Positions 1 to 12,149 of a stretch of 22,969 nucleotides of DNA are shown piece after piece. The stretch comes from Candidatus Rifleibacteriota bacterium. Its GTDB lineage: Bacteria; Muiribacteriota; Ozemobacteria; Ozemobacterales; Ozemobacteraceae. Every line of letters starts with the position of its first letter. The stretch's first letter is position 1. The stretch spans positions 1 to 22,969 of the forward strand of contig JBNJGH010000052.1 of assembly GCA_051747585.1 (NCBI GenBank). The letters are read 5' to 3'. The translations under genes and the position numbers were made by a program. A model generated the notes under the pieces. That model did no database searches and had not been told where the DNA came from. It saw only the letters and a list, made by a program, of their open reading frames with translations.

Positions 1-1
1 A

Positions 2-406
2 GTCACTGAGTTTTTTGAAGAAATTCTCGAAGAGGTGCGCAAAACCCATGAAGTTCAAACCCTGCTCGGGCGGGTGCGCAAACTGCCGGATATAGAATCT
101 AAAAAATTTCAAATCCGCTCCGGCTCAGAAAGAATTGCGAAGAATACCAGACTGCAGGGTTCAGCCGCCGATCTGGTAAAAAAAGCAATGCTCGAAACTA
201 CCGGGCTACTTCAAGAAAATAGCTATAAAACAAAACTCATTTTGCAAATTCATGATGAACTGGTTTTCTCCGTTCCCCAACAAGAATTGGAAAAAGTTGG
301 TCCCGAGCTGAAAAAGATCATGGAAAACTGCGTATCCCTTGATGTTCCACTTGTATGCGATATGGCAGCCGGCCCAAATCTGGCCGATCTCGAGGATATA
401 GACTGA
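2..406 (+). CDS. polA: DNA polymerase I, C-terminal part (5' end lies outside the window)
   Basis: Frame is open from base 2. Family-A polymerase motifs TLLGRVRKLPDI, ERIAKNTRLQGSAADLVK and motif C LILQIHDELVF. The GTG at 35 is internal. Confidence 0.95.
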   Translation, partial: VTEFFEEILEEVRKTHEVQTLLGRVRKLPDIESKKFQIRSGSERIAKNTRLQGSAADLVKKAMLETTGLLQENSYKTKLILQIHDELVFSVPQQELEKVGPELKKIMENCVSLDVPLVCDMAAGPNLADLEDID

Positions 407-1230
407 TGCCGGCAAGACCGCCTTTATTATTACTTCACGGCATCTGCAACAATTCCAATTTATTTTCAATTCCCCAGGGGCTTGGAGTATATCTTGCCCG
501 TCATTTTGACCTTTTTCCTTATAACTATCCGGTAAGTCGACACCAGAACGAAGCCTGGGATTTTGACTTCCATCTGCAAAAAGATATGCCCCGTATCTGG
601 AAATCTGCCTGCCGTGAAGCCGGCTGCAAGCCTTTTGTTTTTGGCTACAGCATGGGTGGCATGTTGGCAATGACAGCCCAGGCAACAGGCATTATAGACG
701 CACCGGCCATAGTAACTGCAGCGTCCCCTTTCAAATTTTACAATCTACCCCTTTACCCGCCGTTAATGCGCTCTTTTGTCAGAGTATCCTCTTTAACCGG
801 ATACAGAACAGTGCCAATCAAAATAACCGGTCGAATTCTCTGCGCTCTTCTCGCTGTGACCAGTCCGCCAGAAAGAACATACGATTTAAATCTTTTTCGT
901 TTTCTCATCAAGAACACCACCGTTAATGTTCCGGTAGAAACCTTTCTCCAGGCTCTAATGTGGATCAAAAAGCGGAGATTTACCAATCGCGATGGCAGCA
1001 TCGATTACCTCGATTATTTTAAAAATATCCAGTCTCCTGCCTGCCTTATATATGGCACCAATGATAGAATTGCTCCTGAAAAACTGGTAAAACCCGGTTA
1101 CGATGCTGTGCAGGCAAAACGAAAGCTCATGGTAGCAATAAGTAACGGCACCCACATGAACATGACCACCGGCAGCAAAGCCGCCGAAATAGCCGATATT
1201 GCCGCCAGCTGGTGCCTCTCCCCCGAATAA
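406..1230 (+). CDS. alpha/beta-fold hydrolase (esterase/lipase or PhaC-like)
   Basis: LLLLHG oxyanion segment, GYSMGG nucleophile elbow, YGTND acid, GTH histidine. ATG at 406 overlaps the polA stop (TGATG), so it is preferred over the ORF-track start at 355. Confidence 0.85.
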   Translation: MPARPPLLLLHGICNNSNLFSIPQGLGVYLARHFDLFPYNYPVSRHQNEAWDFDFHLQKDMPRIWKSACREAGCKPFVFGYSMGGMLAMTAQATGIIDAPAIVTAASPFKFYNLPLYPPLMRSFVRVSSLTGYRTVPIKITGRILCALLAVTSPPERTYDLNLFRFLIKNTTVNVPVETFLQALMWIKKRRFTNRDGSIDYLDYFKNIQSPACLIYGTNDRIAPEKLVKPGYDAVQAKRKLMVAISNGTHMNMTTGSKAAEIADIAASWCLSPE

Positions 1231-1239
1231 AAATCGCAT

Positions 1240-1289
1240 ATCGGTATCGGAACTCGCTTTTCGATTGCGAAAGCAATAGCGACACCCGA
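1240..1289. repeat. imperfect hairpin / degenerate short repeat downstream of the hydrolase
   Basis: Core GCTTTTCG-ATTG-CGAAAGC with loosely complementary TCGG...CCGA flanks. No clean U tract. Confidence 0.3.
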
Positions 1290-1293
1290 AAGA

Positions 1294-1560
1294 ATTAAAC
1301 CACCGAGCTCACTGAGTCCACCGAGAAATCTTTTTCAGCCTGTATTCCCGCGCACGTCAGATATTCAGAAAAGCACTGGTGTTTTTCTGAATATCTGACG
1401 TGCGCGGGAAAGCCGGACGGTTATACCGCCGGCTTTTACAGTAATACTCTGCCTTAAGAAAAGCATTCATGCTTTTCTTAAGGCAGAGTATTACTGTAAG
1501 CACAGGCTGAAAAAGATTAAAAGATCGGCTCTGTGAACTTTGTGGGCTCTGTGGTTTAAT
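1294..1560 (-). mobile_element. modular palindromic element copy 1 (MITE/REPIN-like), inverted relative to copies 2 and 3, carrying two long palindromes
   Basis: Terminal IR ATTAAACCAC/GTGGTTTAAT with 3x CACnGAG-type heptamers. Closing stem 1327-1343/1502-1518 (17 bp). Palindrome 1345-1410 (32-2-32), GC hairpin 1411-1434, palindrome 1436-1499 (31-2-31, perfect). Mobility is inferred from dispersed homologous copies. Confidence 0.8.
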
Positions 1561-2532
1561 AATTCTTTTTGCTGCGCATTATTGATGCGGCTTCTACGGC
1601 AAGGAAACCTGCCAGAAACATTGTTACCATAGGTACTGTTATAAAAAGAGGCTTACGATGAAAAGAATGAAAATACCAAACACTTATACTTAAAAAACAG
1701 ATAGAAGCAAGCAACTGATTGGCCGAACCAAACAAAGGCCAGATAAGCTTCCACTGACCGGTGAAAATCAATACCGCGGCCGGGAGAATGGTAAAAACAG
1801 TTGCCAGGTGTTTGTTTTTTAAAGGTTTTGCCAGTTTTTCCGGAGCAAAATCGGCCAGCTCCTGAAAAGCGAAGCGCCGCAAGCTACGGTTACAAAAAGC
1901 ATGGGAAAAAGATAACCCAACTTTTCGACTTTAAAAGTAGTAAAAGCGGGAAAAACAATTTCAGGATTATAAAAAAGCATACCGACAAAACCGCCGAACA
2001 GAAGAATGTATAACAAAAAAGAATTCAAATAATACCCAGACAGGCGCAACCGAAGCGACATAAATATAAGCGATCAGCAGATAAAGCCAAATATTCTGCT
2101 TGATCTGCAAAGGATATTCAGATCCAAGCCATACCATCAACAACAGTAATAATACTCCCACAACGGTGGCGCCGCCCAGTCCTACTCGAAGACGGTTTAT
2201 AATGAATCCAAAAACCACCGCCAGCATAATAAACATTACCGAAGAGCTTGCCGCCTGGGGTACAGTAGCAAAGGTTCGGGCAACTATAATGGTAAAAGCC
2301 GCAATTACAAGCGCAAGGGTGGCCCAGGTAAAAAGGAGAAACAATATACTGCCCCGGCAATAGAGGCAAAATGATGACCAAGCACTACCGGAGCTTTTGC
2401 CGGCATATAATCGCCTTCGTCTCTCAGGCGATGTGCCGGGGTCTTAATATTGTCATCAAGTTTAAACTTACCCGCAAGCCATTTTCCATAGGTTAAATAG
2501 GCTGCAATCAATAGAAAAAATGAAACCAGAAC
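1556..2532 (-). pseudogene. cstA: carbon starvation protein A (peptide/pyruvate transporter) pseudogene with internal deletions and frameshifts
   Basis: CstA motifs in order across changing frames: TPAH..D..DY.P...VLGHHFASIAGA / YIYVASVAPVWVL / YLNSFLL..LFPMLFVTVACGA / RFAFQEL..IWPLFGSANQLLA. Under 1 kb, far shorter than intact CstA. In-frame TAA directly upstream of VLVSFFLLIAAY and no convincing start. Confidence 0.9.
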
Positions 2533-2584
2533 TTATTCTGGATTCCTGATCCGGTTAGAACCGGTCAAAAATGGCGGGCCAGTA

Positions 2585-2710
2585 TGGTCCCTGAGCGGAG
2601 TCGCACTGGGGCGGCTTGTATCCTCATGCGCCCCAGCATTAAGGCATCCTACCTGTCAAAGGGACCCTGTAACCGTCCATTTGGTGGTTTCGACTACGCT
2701 CAACCACCAA
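2585..2710. repeat. inverted pair of REP-like palindromes, the first interrupted
   Basis: GGTCCCTGAGCGGAGTCG (2586-2603)...AAGGGACC (to 2666), and TTGGTGGTTTCGACTACGCTCAACCACCAA (2681-2710), whose reverse complement shares the TGAGCG(G/T)AGTCG core. Confidence 0.6.
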
Positions 2711-2813
2711 TATACGATGACGGATTAGGGGCTTTTTTGTAGATATTTGTGGCTTTGAGGCCTGGTGTGAGAAAATAACTTTCTGGAATTGATATCGGGA
2801 TCCGAAGAAAAAT

Positions 2814-2879
2814 CGACAACGAGGACGATTACGAGCATCCACCGTCGCCAAGGCTATGGCGGACAGGCGAGCACGATTC
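2814..2879. repeat. CGAnnA hexamer tract interrupted by a REP-like palindrome
   Basis: CGACAA CGAGGA CGATTA CGAGCA [TCCACCGTCGCCAAGGCTATGGCGGACAGG] CGAGCA CGATTC. Confidence 0.55.
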
Positions 2880-3004
2880 GCAAAATTTTACTTCTTATCT
2901 TAGTGGCATTCAGGACGTGGCTTGCGGGGTATTGATTGATATAAACGGTAAAATCTGTTAACTTGGCTTATCAACTACAGGGCGCCGAGGAGGTAGCACA
3001 ACTT

Positions 3005-4993
3005 ATGATGTCAATAGGACGTGAAATCCAATCAGATATTACCAATGCCACCCGGCAAGAATGGCTTATCACCAATGGAATCGGAGGGTATGCTTCTTCG
3101 ACTGTACCCTGCATAAACACCAGGCGCTATCATGGTATTCTGGTTGCTTCCATGCGCCCCCCGGTTGAAAGAATCGTTCTTGTATCTCGCCTCGAAGAAA
3201 TTCTGGTCATAGACGGGCATGAAGTAAACCTCTCAACCTGTGTACACAGCGATAAAATACAAAACCCAGCGGGTTATTTGCATCTTGAGCGGTTTGAGCG
3301 CGAACCTCTACCTACCTGGTATTATCAATTCAGAGATGTTCTGCTGATAAAAACCATAAATATGGTCTATGGCCAGAACACCAGTCTGGTAACCTATAAA
3401 ATACTCAATAACGGGCGCAAAACGACTCTTAAAGTAAGACCCCACTTTTTGTTCCGTGATTTTCACGGCAATCTGTTCGAAAATGACGGCATAGACAACA
3501 AAGTAAAAGCCGAAAACAAAAGTTTTAAACTTCAGCCTTTCTTTAACGCTCCCGAATTATTTGTCAGATGGGATAGAGGAAATTTTGTTTCTGCCCCTGA
3601 CTGGCATCGCGACATATTTCTTCAGGTCGAAGAAGATCGTGGGCTGGCAGCTTATGAAGACGACTTTTCCACCGGCTACATTGAAATTGATCTACCCGAA
3701 GGCTCTGCTTCGATAATTTTTTCCGATCAAAATATAAGCTCTTTTAATCCGATCGATCTGAGAAAGCGTGAAGAAAACAGAATCGTCAACATAGAAAAAT
3801 CGCTTAACTCTGATGACCAGTTCCTAAAGCAATTGCTGGTTGCAGCTGACCAGTTTATAGTCGATCGTCTCAGCACCAAAGGCAAAACAATTCTTGCAGG
3901 TTACCCCTGGTTTTCCGACTGGGGTCGCGACAGTCTTATTTCCTTACCGGGTCTAACTTTGGTAACCGGTAGAACTGCCGACGCCCGCTCTATTTTAAAA
4001 ACTTTTGCCGATTCAATTCATCATGGTCTTATACCCAATTGCTTTGCCGACAGTGGGGTCAAAGCTGCTTACAACAGTGTAGACGCCTCATTGTGGTTCT
4101 TTTTTGCTGCATATAAATATATAGAATATACCGATGATTATGACTTTGTTCAGGAGCATCTTTACGAAGCCATGCTGCAAATTGCAGACGCTTTTATTCA
4201 GGGCACTCACTTCGATATAAAAGTCGATTCCAAAGACAGTCTTTTGATGGCCGGCAACAATGACGTGCAGGTTACCTGGATGGATGCAAAGGTTGACGGC
4301 TGGGTAGTCACCCCACGCAACGGCAAGGCAGTCGAAGTTAACGCCCTCTGGTACAATGCTCTTAAAATTCTTTGCATATTCAAGGAAAAGTTTGAAGGCA
4401 ACTCGCGCGAAACCACGTCACTTGCCAAAAAAGTAAAATCATCATTCTTAAATACTTTCTGGAACGACGACGAAAACTGTCTTTATGATGTAATTTCTCC
4501 CGACGGCGAAATAGACGATTCAATCAGACCCAATCAGATTTTTGCCGTATATCTTCCTTTCAGCCTGCTTGATCAGACTGCAGAAAAACAGGTAGTCGAC
4601 AAAGTTTTTGCTACTCTTTATACTTCTCACGGTCTCAAAAGCCTTGCCGCTGATGATGACCGCTATGTCGGCTTTTATGGCGGTTCAAGGCTTAAAAGAG
4701 ATGCTGCATATCACCAGGGAACAGTATGGGGCTACCTTGTCGGGCCTTTCATCAGTGCGTATCTCAAAGCCAACAATTTCTCGATGCAGGCTCAGCTGAG
4801 AGCTTCGAATATGATAGCTCCGTTCAAAAATCATCTTAACCGGGAAGCCTGCATAGGCAATATTTCCGAAATATTTGACGGAAATATGCCTCACACCCCG
4901 CGTGGTTGCTATGCCCAGGCCTGGAGCGTTGCCGAGTTGCTACGCTGCTATGTCGAAGATATAAAAGGGCAAAAGCCCACTTTGATCATTTAA
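3005..4993 (+). CDS. glycogen debranching enzyme, archaeal-type amylo-alpha-1,6-glucosidase (GDE_N + GDE_C)
   Basis: EWLITNGIGGYASST, NTRRYHGILVA, AGYPWFSDWGRD, TWMDAK, PRNGKAVEVNALWYNAL, IRPNQIFA, AYHQGTVW, GCYAQAWSVAE. RBS GAGGAGG at 2987-2993 favours ATG 3005 over TTG 2963. Confidence 0.93.
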   Translation: MMSIGREIQSDITNATRQEWLITNGIGGYASSTVPCINTRRYHGILVASMRPPVERIVLVSRLEEILVIDGHEVNLSTCVHSDKIQNPAGYLHLERFEREPLPTWYYQFRDVLLIKTINMVYGQNTSLVTYKILNNGRKTTLKVRPHFLFRDFHGNLFENDGIDNKVKAENKSFKLQPFFNAPELFVRWDRGNFVSAPDWHRDIFLQVEEDRGLAAYEDDFSTGYIEIDLPEGSASIIFSDQNISSFNPIDLRKREENRIVNIEKSLNSDDQFLKQLLVAADQFIVDRLSTKGKTILAGYPWFSDWGRDSLISLPGLTLVTGRTADARSILKTFADSIHHGLIPNCFADSGVKAAYNSVDASLWFFFAAYKYIEYTDDYDFVQEHLYEAMLQIADAFIQGTHFDIKVDSKDSLLMAGNNDVQVTWMDAKVDGWVVTPRNGKAVEVNALWYNALKILCIFKEKFEGNSRETTSLAKKVKSSFLNTFWNDDENCLYDVISPDGEIDDSIRPNQIFAVYLPFSLLDQTAEKQVVDKVFATLYTSHGLKSLAADDDRYVGFYGGSRLKRDAAYHQGTVWGYLVGPFISAYLKANNFSMQAQLRASNMIAPFKNHLNREACIGNISEIFDGNMPHTPRGCYAQAWSVAELLRCYVEDIKGQKPTLII

Positions 4994-5254
4994 ATGGGTA
5001 AAATTAAAAAGAATCTGATCAGACAGACCGGTTTCACAGGCAAAGTATTAAGCACTGGTTTGACCGGTGGCATCTGCGTCGCTTTGAGCCTGTTTGCCGG
5101 CTACCAGTTCGATCTTTATTTCAATACAAAACCTCTGGGAATAATTGTCGGTATATTGCTTGGGTTAGCAGCTGCGGCTGTTCAAACCTATAAACAAATA
5201 AAAGAAAGCTTTAAAGAATTTGACAGAACCAATAACCCGAAACGAAAAGATTAA
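4994..5254 (+). CDS. atpZ: AtpZ/AtpI family small membrane protein
   Basis: Two hydrophobic segments around GYQFDLYFNTKPLG..G..LG. First gene of the atp cluster. Confidence 0.75.
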   Translation: MGKIKKNLIRQTGFTGKVLSTGLTGGICVALSLFAGYQFDLYFNTKPLGIIVGILLGLAAAAVQTYKQIKESFKEFDRTNNPKRKD

Positions 5255-5633
5255 AAGATGCAGTCGGCTGATTATAGCAGGCAGTATTTTTATCACTATA
5301 ATTCTAATTGCATTATTTTTTATTGAAAAACAATTTTATGCTGCATTTATAATTGGTTATGCCGTTGGCATTATCGGCTTTTTTTCTTTAACCTTCACTT
5401 TTTCGGCAATCGATAAACTGCCTGAGTGGTTTCGTATTATTGCGGTTTTAAGCTCGAGCTTCAAATTGCTTTTCATTCTTGCGATTGCGTTTATACTAAA
5501 ATATATGGGCTTTTCTATATTGCAGCTCATATTTGGCCTTTTAACCAGTCAATTTATAATAATTTCAACCATATTAATTATTGTTTATACAACAAGAAAA
5601 AATGTCGAAAATAATATAGAGAAAGAAAACTGA
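5220..5633 (+). CDS. atpI: ATP synthase protein I-like membrane protein (about 4 TM)
   Basis: Four hydrophobic segments, located directly before atpB. TTG start is uncertain. Confidence 0.65.
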   Translation: MTEPITRNEKIKRCSRLIIAGSIFITIILIALFFIEKQFYAAFIIGYAVGIIGFFSLTFTFSAIDKLPEWFRIIAVLSSSFKLLFILAIAFILKYMGFSILQLIFGLLTSQFIIISTILIIVYTTRKNVENNIEKEN

Positions 5634-5634
5634 T

Positions 5635-6312
5635 ATGCATGCACTAGAAAAAGACATTCTCTATATTTTTTCATTTATTCCGGCATCGCCAGGGGTTGTT
5701 CTGCCGTGGTTAACCAGTATTTTTGTCGGCATTTTTGTATGGTATTTCAGCCATCATCTGACCTTTGATGAGCCGGGTAAGTTTCAGAATTTTTTTGAGT
5801 ACTGCTATGAATCTCTCGAATCATTTGTAACCAACATTGTCGGGAAAGACAAGGTCAAGGAACTGCTACCGGTATTATCTACCGTTTTTATTTATATTTT
5901 TCTCGCAAATATAATGGGCCTGGTTCCCGGTCTTAAATCTCCCACCAGTCTTTTTTCCAACTGCCTGGGCATGGCTTTGATCATTTTCTTTCTCACCGCC
6001 TACTATGGTTTCAAGCATCATGGCACAGGCTATATCAAGCATTTTGCCGGCCCGATCTGGTGGATGGCGCCGCTCATGGTTCCTATTCATATTGTCGGAG
6101 AAATCTCGCGGCCGATAAGCTTAACTTTGAGGCTGTTTGGTAACATAATGGGCGAAGATGTCGTCATTCTGGTATTAACCAGCTTCATTTTTCCGTTAAT
6201 CGTGCCTATTCCAATGCACCTGCTGGCAATTTTCACCAGTTTGTTACAGGCACTTGTTTTTACAATTCTATCAGGAGTATACCTCTCTGGCGCTATAGCA
6301 GAGAGTCATTAA
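5635..6312 (+). CDS. atpB: F0 subunit a
   Basis: PGKFQNFFE, NIMGLVPG..SPT, SRPISLTLRLFGNI (essential Arg), LQALVFTILS. Confidence 0.97.
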   Translation: MHALEKDILYIFSFIPASPGVVLPWLTSIFVGIFVWYFSHHLTFDEPGKFQNFFEYCYESLESFVTNIVGKDKVKELLPVLSTVFIYIFLANIMGLVPGLKSPTSLFSNCLGMALIIFFLTAYYGFKHHGTGYIKHFAGPIWWMAPLMVPIHIVGEISRPISLTLRLFGNIMGEDVVILVLTSFIFPLIVPIPMHLLAIFTSLLQALVFTILSGVYLSGAIAESH

Positions 6313-6325
6313 ATCGGAGGTAACT

Positions 6326-6574
6326 ATGGATTACTATACGAGTCTTGCTCATATTGCAGAAATTCTTGGCGCTGCATTCAGCATATCGATCGGATGCGGC
6401 ATGGCAGCCTATGCAATGAGTCGGGTAATAAGCCAGACGATCGATTCAATTTCAAGACAACCCGAAATCTCAGGTGAACTGAGATTTGTAATGATTATCG
6501 GTCTGGCAATGATCGAGTCGCTGGCAATTTACTGCCTGCTCGTAGCCCTCATTCTTCTCTTCGTTAAATGGTAA
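6326..6574 (+). CDS. atpE: F0 subunit c
   Basis: RQPE loop, GLAMIESLAIY with carrier Glu64. RBS GGAGG. Confidence 0.97.
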   Translation: MDYYTSLAHIAEILGAAFSISIGCGMAAYAMSRVISQTIDSISRQPEISGELRFVMIIGLAMIESLAIYCLLVALILLFVKW

Positions 6575-6593
6575 TTCTCTGATTAGAGGTAAA

Positions 6594-7271
6594 ATGAATA
6601 CGGGAATTAAAACATACTATAAATATTTTCTGGTAGTGCTTCTAACCGTCTTTTGCTTTTCAGGCAAAATAACGGCGGCCCCTGCACAAAGCGAAAATAC
6701 TTCGCTGCATCAAACAGAAACTGCTGAACTGGCTACAGAATCAGAGTCTCATCAGCCATCTATGTTTGAATTCAGCTGGCCTGTTTTAATTTCACAAACC
6801 ATAAACTTTTTCGTTCTTCTTTTCATTCTCAATCGTTTTCTTTTCACTCCGATGGGCAAAATTCTCGAAGAGCGACGCGAGTCGATCGGCAGAATTAAAC
6901 TTTCCGCCGAAGAAGAGCACGACACTGCCCTGGCTTTAAAAGAGGTTTATGAAAAGCATCTGGCTAACATCGAGCAGGAAGCTTACATAATTAAACAGCA
7001 GGCCATTAAAGATGCCAACCTGAAAACTACCGAAATAATTCTCGAGGCCCGTGAAAAAGCTGAAAGAATTGTAGAAGAAGGCGAGATGGAGCTCTTCAGT
7101 GAAAGGCAGGCTGCCTGGATGCAACTTAGAGAAGAAGTGGTACATTTAACTTTGACGGCAGCCGAAAGAGTGGTCGAAGAATCTCTTGATGACGATATTC
7201 ACCGTAAACTCATAGAGCGAACAATTGAAAGGCTTGAAGAAGATTTGCCTTACCACAGTCTTAACGAATAA
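6594..7271 (+). CDS. atpF: F0 subunit b with N-terminal extension
   Basis: QTINFFVLLFILNRFLFTPMGKILEERRESI followed by a coiled coil. RBS GAGG. Confidence 0.93.
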   Translation: MNTGIKTYYKYFLVVLLTVFCFSGKITAAPAQSENTSLHQTETAELATESESHQPSMFEFSWPVLISQTINFFVLLFILNRFLFTPMGKILEERRESIGRIKLSAEEEHDTALALKEVYEKHLANIEQEAYIIKQQAIKDANLKTTEIILEAREKAERIVEEGEMELFSERQAAWMQLREEVVHLTLTAAERVVEESLDDDIHRKLIERTIERLEEDLPYHSLNE

Positions 7272-7858
7272 TGATTGAAAAGAAAAAACTAATAGCTAAA
7301 AGATACGCAAATGCTTTCTTTGATCTTCTGGAAAAAGAAGACCTGGAAGCTGGCTTTAAAGACTTTGAAGCATTTAATGCATTGTTTTTTGGTTACGAAG
7401 GGCTTTCTGAAATTCTGCTTCATCCTACAATACACATAGACCGCAAAATCAAACTGATTCAAAATATTTTCGGCGCTTCGGCTCAGCATCTGGTAGTCGA
7501 TTTTATCTGCATGTTGATAAAAAAGAAGAGACTCGGCCTGTTCGAGCAGATATCTCAAGAAATCGAAAGACTATATCGCCGCAAACACGGTATAAGGGGC
7601 ATTATTATAAAATCAGCAGTTCCTTTGATTGAATCTGAGCGTAAGAAACTCAGAAAAATTCTTTCAAAAAAATTCGGACACATAGAGATACGGGAAATAG
7701 TTGACCCGGCAATTCTGGGTGGAATTATTGTTCAATTCACCGACCAGGTAGTTGATGAATCAATAAGAAACCGCCTGAAACAATTAAAAGAATTAATGAA
7801 CAGAGTAGATGAAGACTGGCTTGAAACTCTGATGACCCAGCCTACTATCGCACTCTAG
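7271..7858 (+). CDS. atpH: F1 subunit delta
   Basis: [31 protein letters not shown]. Confidence 0.95.
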   Translation: MIEKKKLIAKRYANAFFDLLEKEDLEAGFKDFEAFNALFFGYEGLSEILLHPTIHIDRKIKLIQNIFGASAQHLVVDFICMLIKKKRLGLFEQISQEIERLYRRKHGIRGIIIKSAVPLIESERKKLRKILSKKFGHIEIREIVDPAILGGIIVQFTDQVVDESIRNRLKQLKELMNRVDEDWLETLMTQPTIAL

Positions 7859-7866
7859 GAGCGAAT

Positions 7867-9453
7867 ATGACAATCAGATCAGATGAAATAATTTCTGTTT
7901 TAAAGCGAGAAATACAGCAATTCTCAGCTGAGCTTAAAACAGTCGAAGCCGGTGTAGTTTTGCAATGTGGCGACGGCATCGCCAGAGTCCATGGTCTTCC
8001 GAAAGCTATGGCCGGCGACCTTGTCGAGTTCGCCAACGGAGTAAAAGGCTATGTGCTCAATCTAGAAGAAGATAATGTCGGCTGTCTGGTATTAGGCCCC
8101 CATGACGGCATTCACGAAGGCGATCTGGTTAAAGACACAGAACGCATTTTATCTGTACCCGTCGGAAGGCACTTGCTCGGTCGCGTTCTCGATCCTCTGG
8201 GGCAACCGCTTGATGGTGAAGGACCTGTTGTGCCTGAGGAACACCGAGCCGTAGAAAGCTCAAGCCCCAATATTATTCAACGCCAGCCGGTTAATCAGCC
8301 GCTACAAACCGGCATTCAGGCCATAGATGCCTTGATTCCCATAGGTAGAGGCCAGCGCGAGCTGATTATAGGCGATCGCCAGACAGGTAAAACGGCGATT
8401 GCAGTAGACACGATCATTAACCAGAAAGACAAAGACGTTATTTGCGTTTACGTTGCAATTGGTCAAAAAATGTCTACCATTACTCAGGTGGTCGAAACCC
8501 TGCGCAAATACGGGGCACTGGAACATACAATAATAGTTGCCGCTTCTGCCTCTGACCCGGCACCATTTCAATTTATGGCACCATACAGCGGCTGCGCAAT
8601 GGGTGAGTTCTTTCGCGACAAAGGACAGCATGTGCTCTGCATTTATGATGACTTAAGTAAACACGCAGTCGCCTACCGTCAGGTTTCTCTGCTGTTACGA
8701 CGCCCACCCGGTCGTGAAGCTTTCCCCGCCGATATTTTCTATTTACACGCCCGCCTGCTCGAAAGAGCCGCCAAATTAAGCGACGAAATGGGGGCCGGCT
8801 CATTGACCGCTATACCCATTATCGAAACTCAGGCAGGCGACTCTTCTGCTTATATTCCAACCAATGTTATCTCAATTACAGATGGTCAGATTGTTTTAGA
8901 AAGTGCCCTGTTCAATTCCGGAGTAAGACCGGCAATTAATGCAGGGTTATCTGTATCCAGGGTCGGCGGCAGCGCCCAGGTAAAAGCCATGAAAAAAGTT
9001 GCAGGCCCATTAAGACTCGAGCTGGCTCAATTCAGAGAACTGGCAGCTTTTTCTCAATTTACCAAAGATCTCGACAAGGCAACCCAGGATCAGCTGGCCA
9101 GAGGCGAGCGCCTGGTTGAGCTGCTTAAGCAGGCACAATATTGCCCCATGCCCATCGAAGACCAGGTTGTTACCATATTGGCCTCAACCAAAGGTTATAC
9201 CGATCATCTCGACAAACGTGAAATCTCGCGCTATAAAAAATTCCTCCTTAAATATCTGCATCAGAAACATCCTGAAATCATGCTTTCACTCAAGCGAAAA
9301 CCTGTTTTCGACAAGGAAACCGAGTCCCGCTTCATCGAACTGATAAAAGAATTCACCGAGAATGTCTACATGCTGCAATATCACGCGAAAGAACTGCATG
9401 AAGAAGAAGAAAAGAAAGAATCAGGTTCAGGGGTTATTTCCTCAAAAGAGTAA
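7867..9453 (+). CDS. atpA: F1 subunit alpha
   Basis: [47 protein letters not shown]. Confidence 0.99.
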   Translation: MTIRSDEIISVLKREIQQFSAELKTVEAGVVLQCGDGIARVHGLPKAMAGDLVEFANGVKGYVLNLEEDNVGCLVLGPHDGIHEGDLVKDTERILSVPVGRHLLGRVLDPLGQPLDGEGPVVPEEHRAVESSSPNIIQRQPVNQPLQTGIQAIDALIPIGRGQRELIIGDRQTGKTAIAVDTIINQKDKDVICVYVAIGQKMSTITQVVETLRKYGALEHTIIVAASASDPAPFQFMAPYSGCAMGEFFRDKGQHVLCIYDDLSKHAVAYRQVSLLLRRPPGREAFPADIFYLHARLLERAAKLSDEMGAGSLTAIPIIETQAGDSSAYIPTNVISITDGQIVLESALFNSGVRPAINAGLSVSRVGGSAQVKAMKKVAGPLRLELAQFRELAAFSQFTKDLDKATQDQLARGERLVELLKQAQYCPMPIEDQVVTILASTKGYTDHLDKREISRYKKFLLKYLHQKHPEIMLSLKRKPVFDKETESRFIELIKEFTENVYMLQYHAKELHEEEEKKESGSGVISSKE

Positions 9454-9455
9454 TT

Positions 9456-12146
<2,691 letters not shown>

Positions 12147-12149
12147 TTT

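Noticed and set aside
1294..1560. CRISPR array interpretation of the conserved/variable alternation
   Set aside because: No tandem direct repeats. The variable segments occur as inverted pairs, copies are dispersed, and no cas genes are in the window.
1556..2511. Programmed frameshifting or a functional split cstA
   Set aside because: Frame changes coincide with loss of conserved sequence blocks, not with slippery sites.
7229..7242. atpF segment AAGGCTTGAAGAAG as the target of the copy-2 variable arm (AGGCTTGCTGAAGAAGGA)
   Set aside because: Needs a 3-nt gap and is low-complexity, so compatible with chance. By eye I found no full match to any variable arm in the window.
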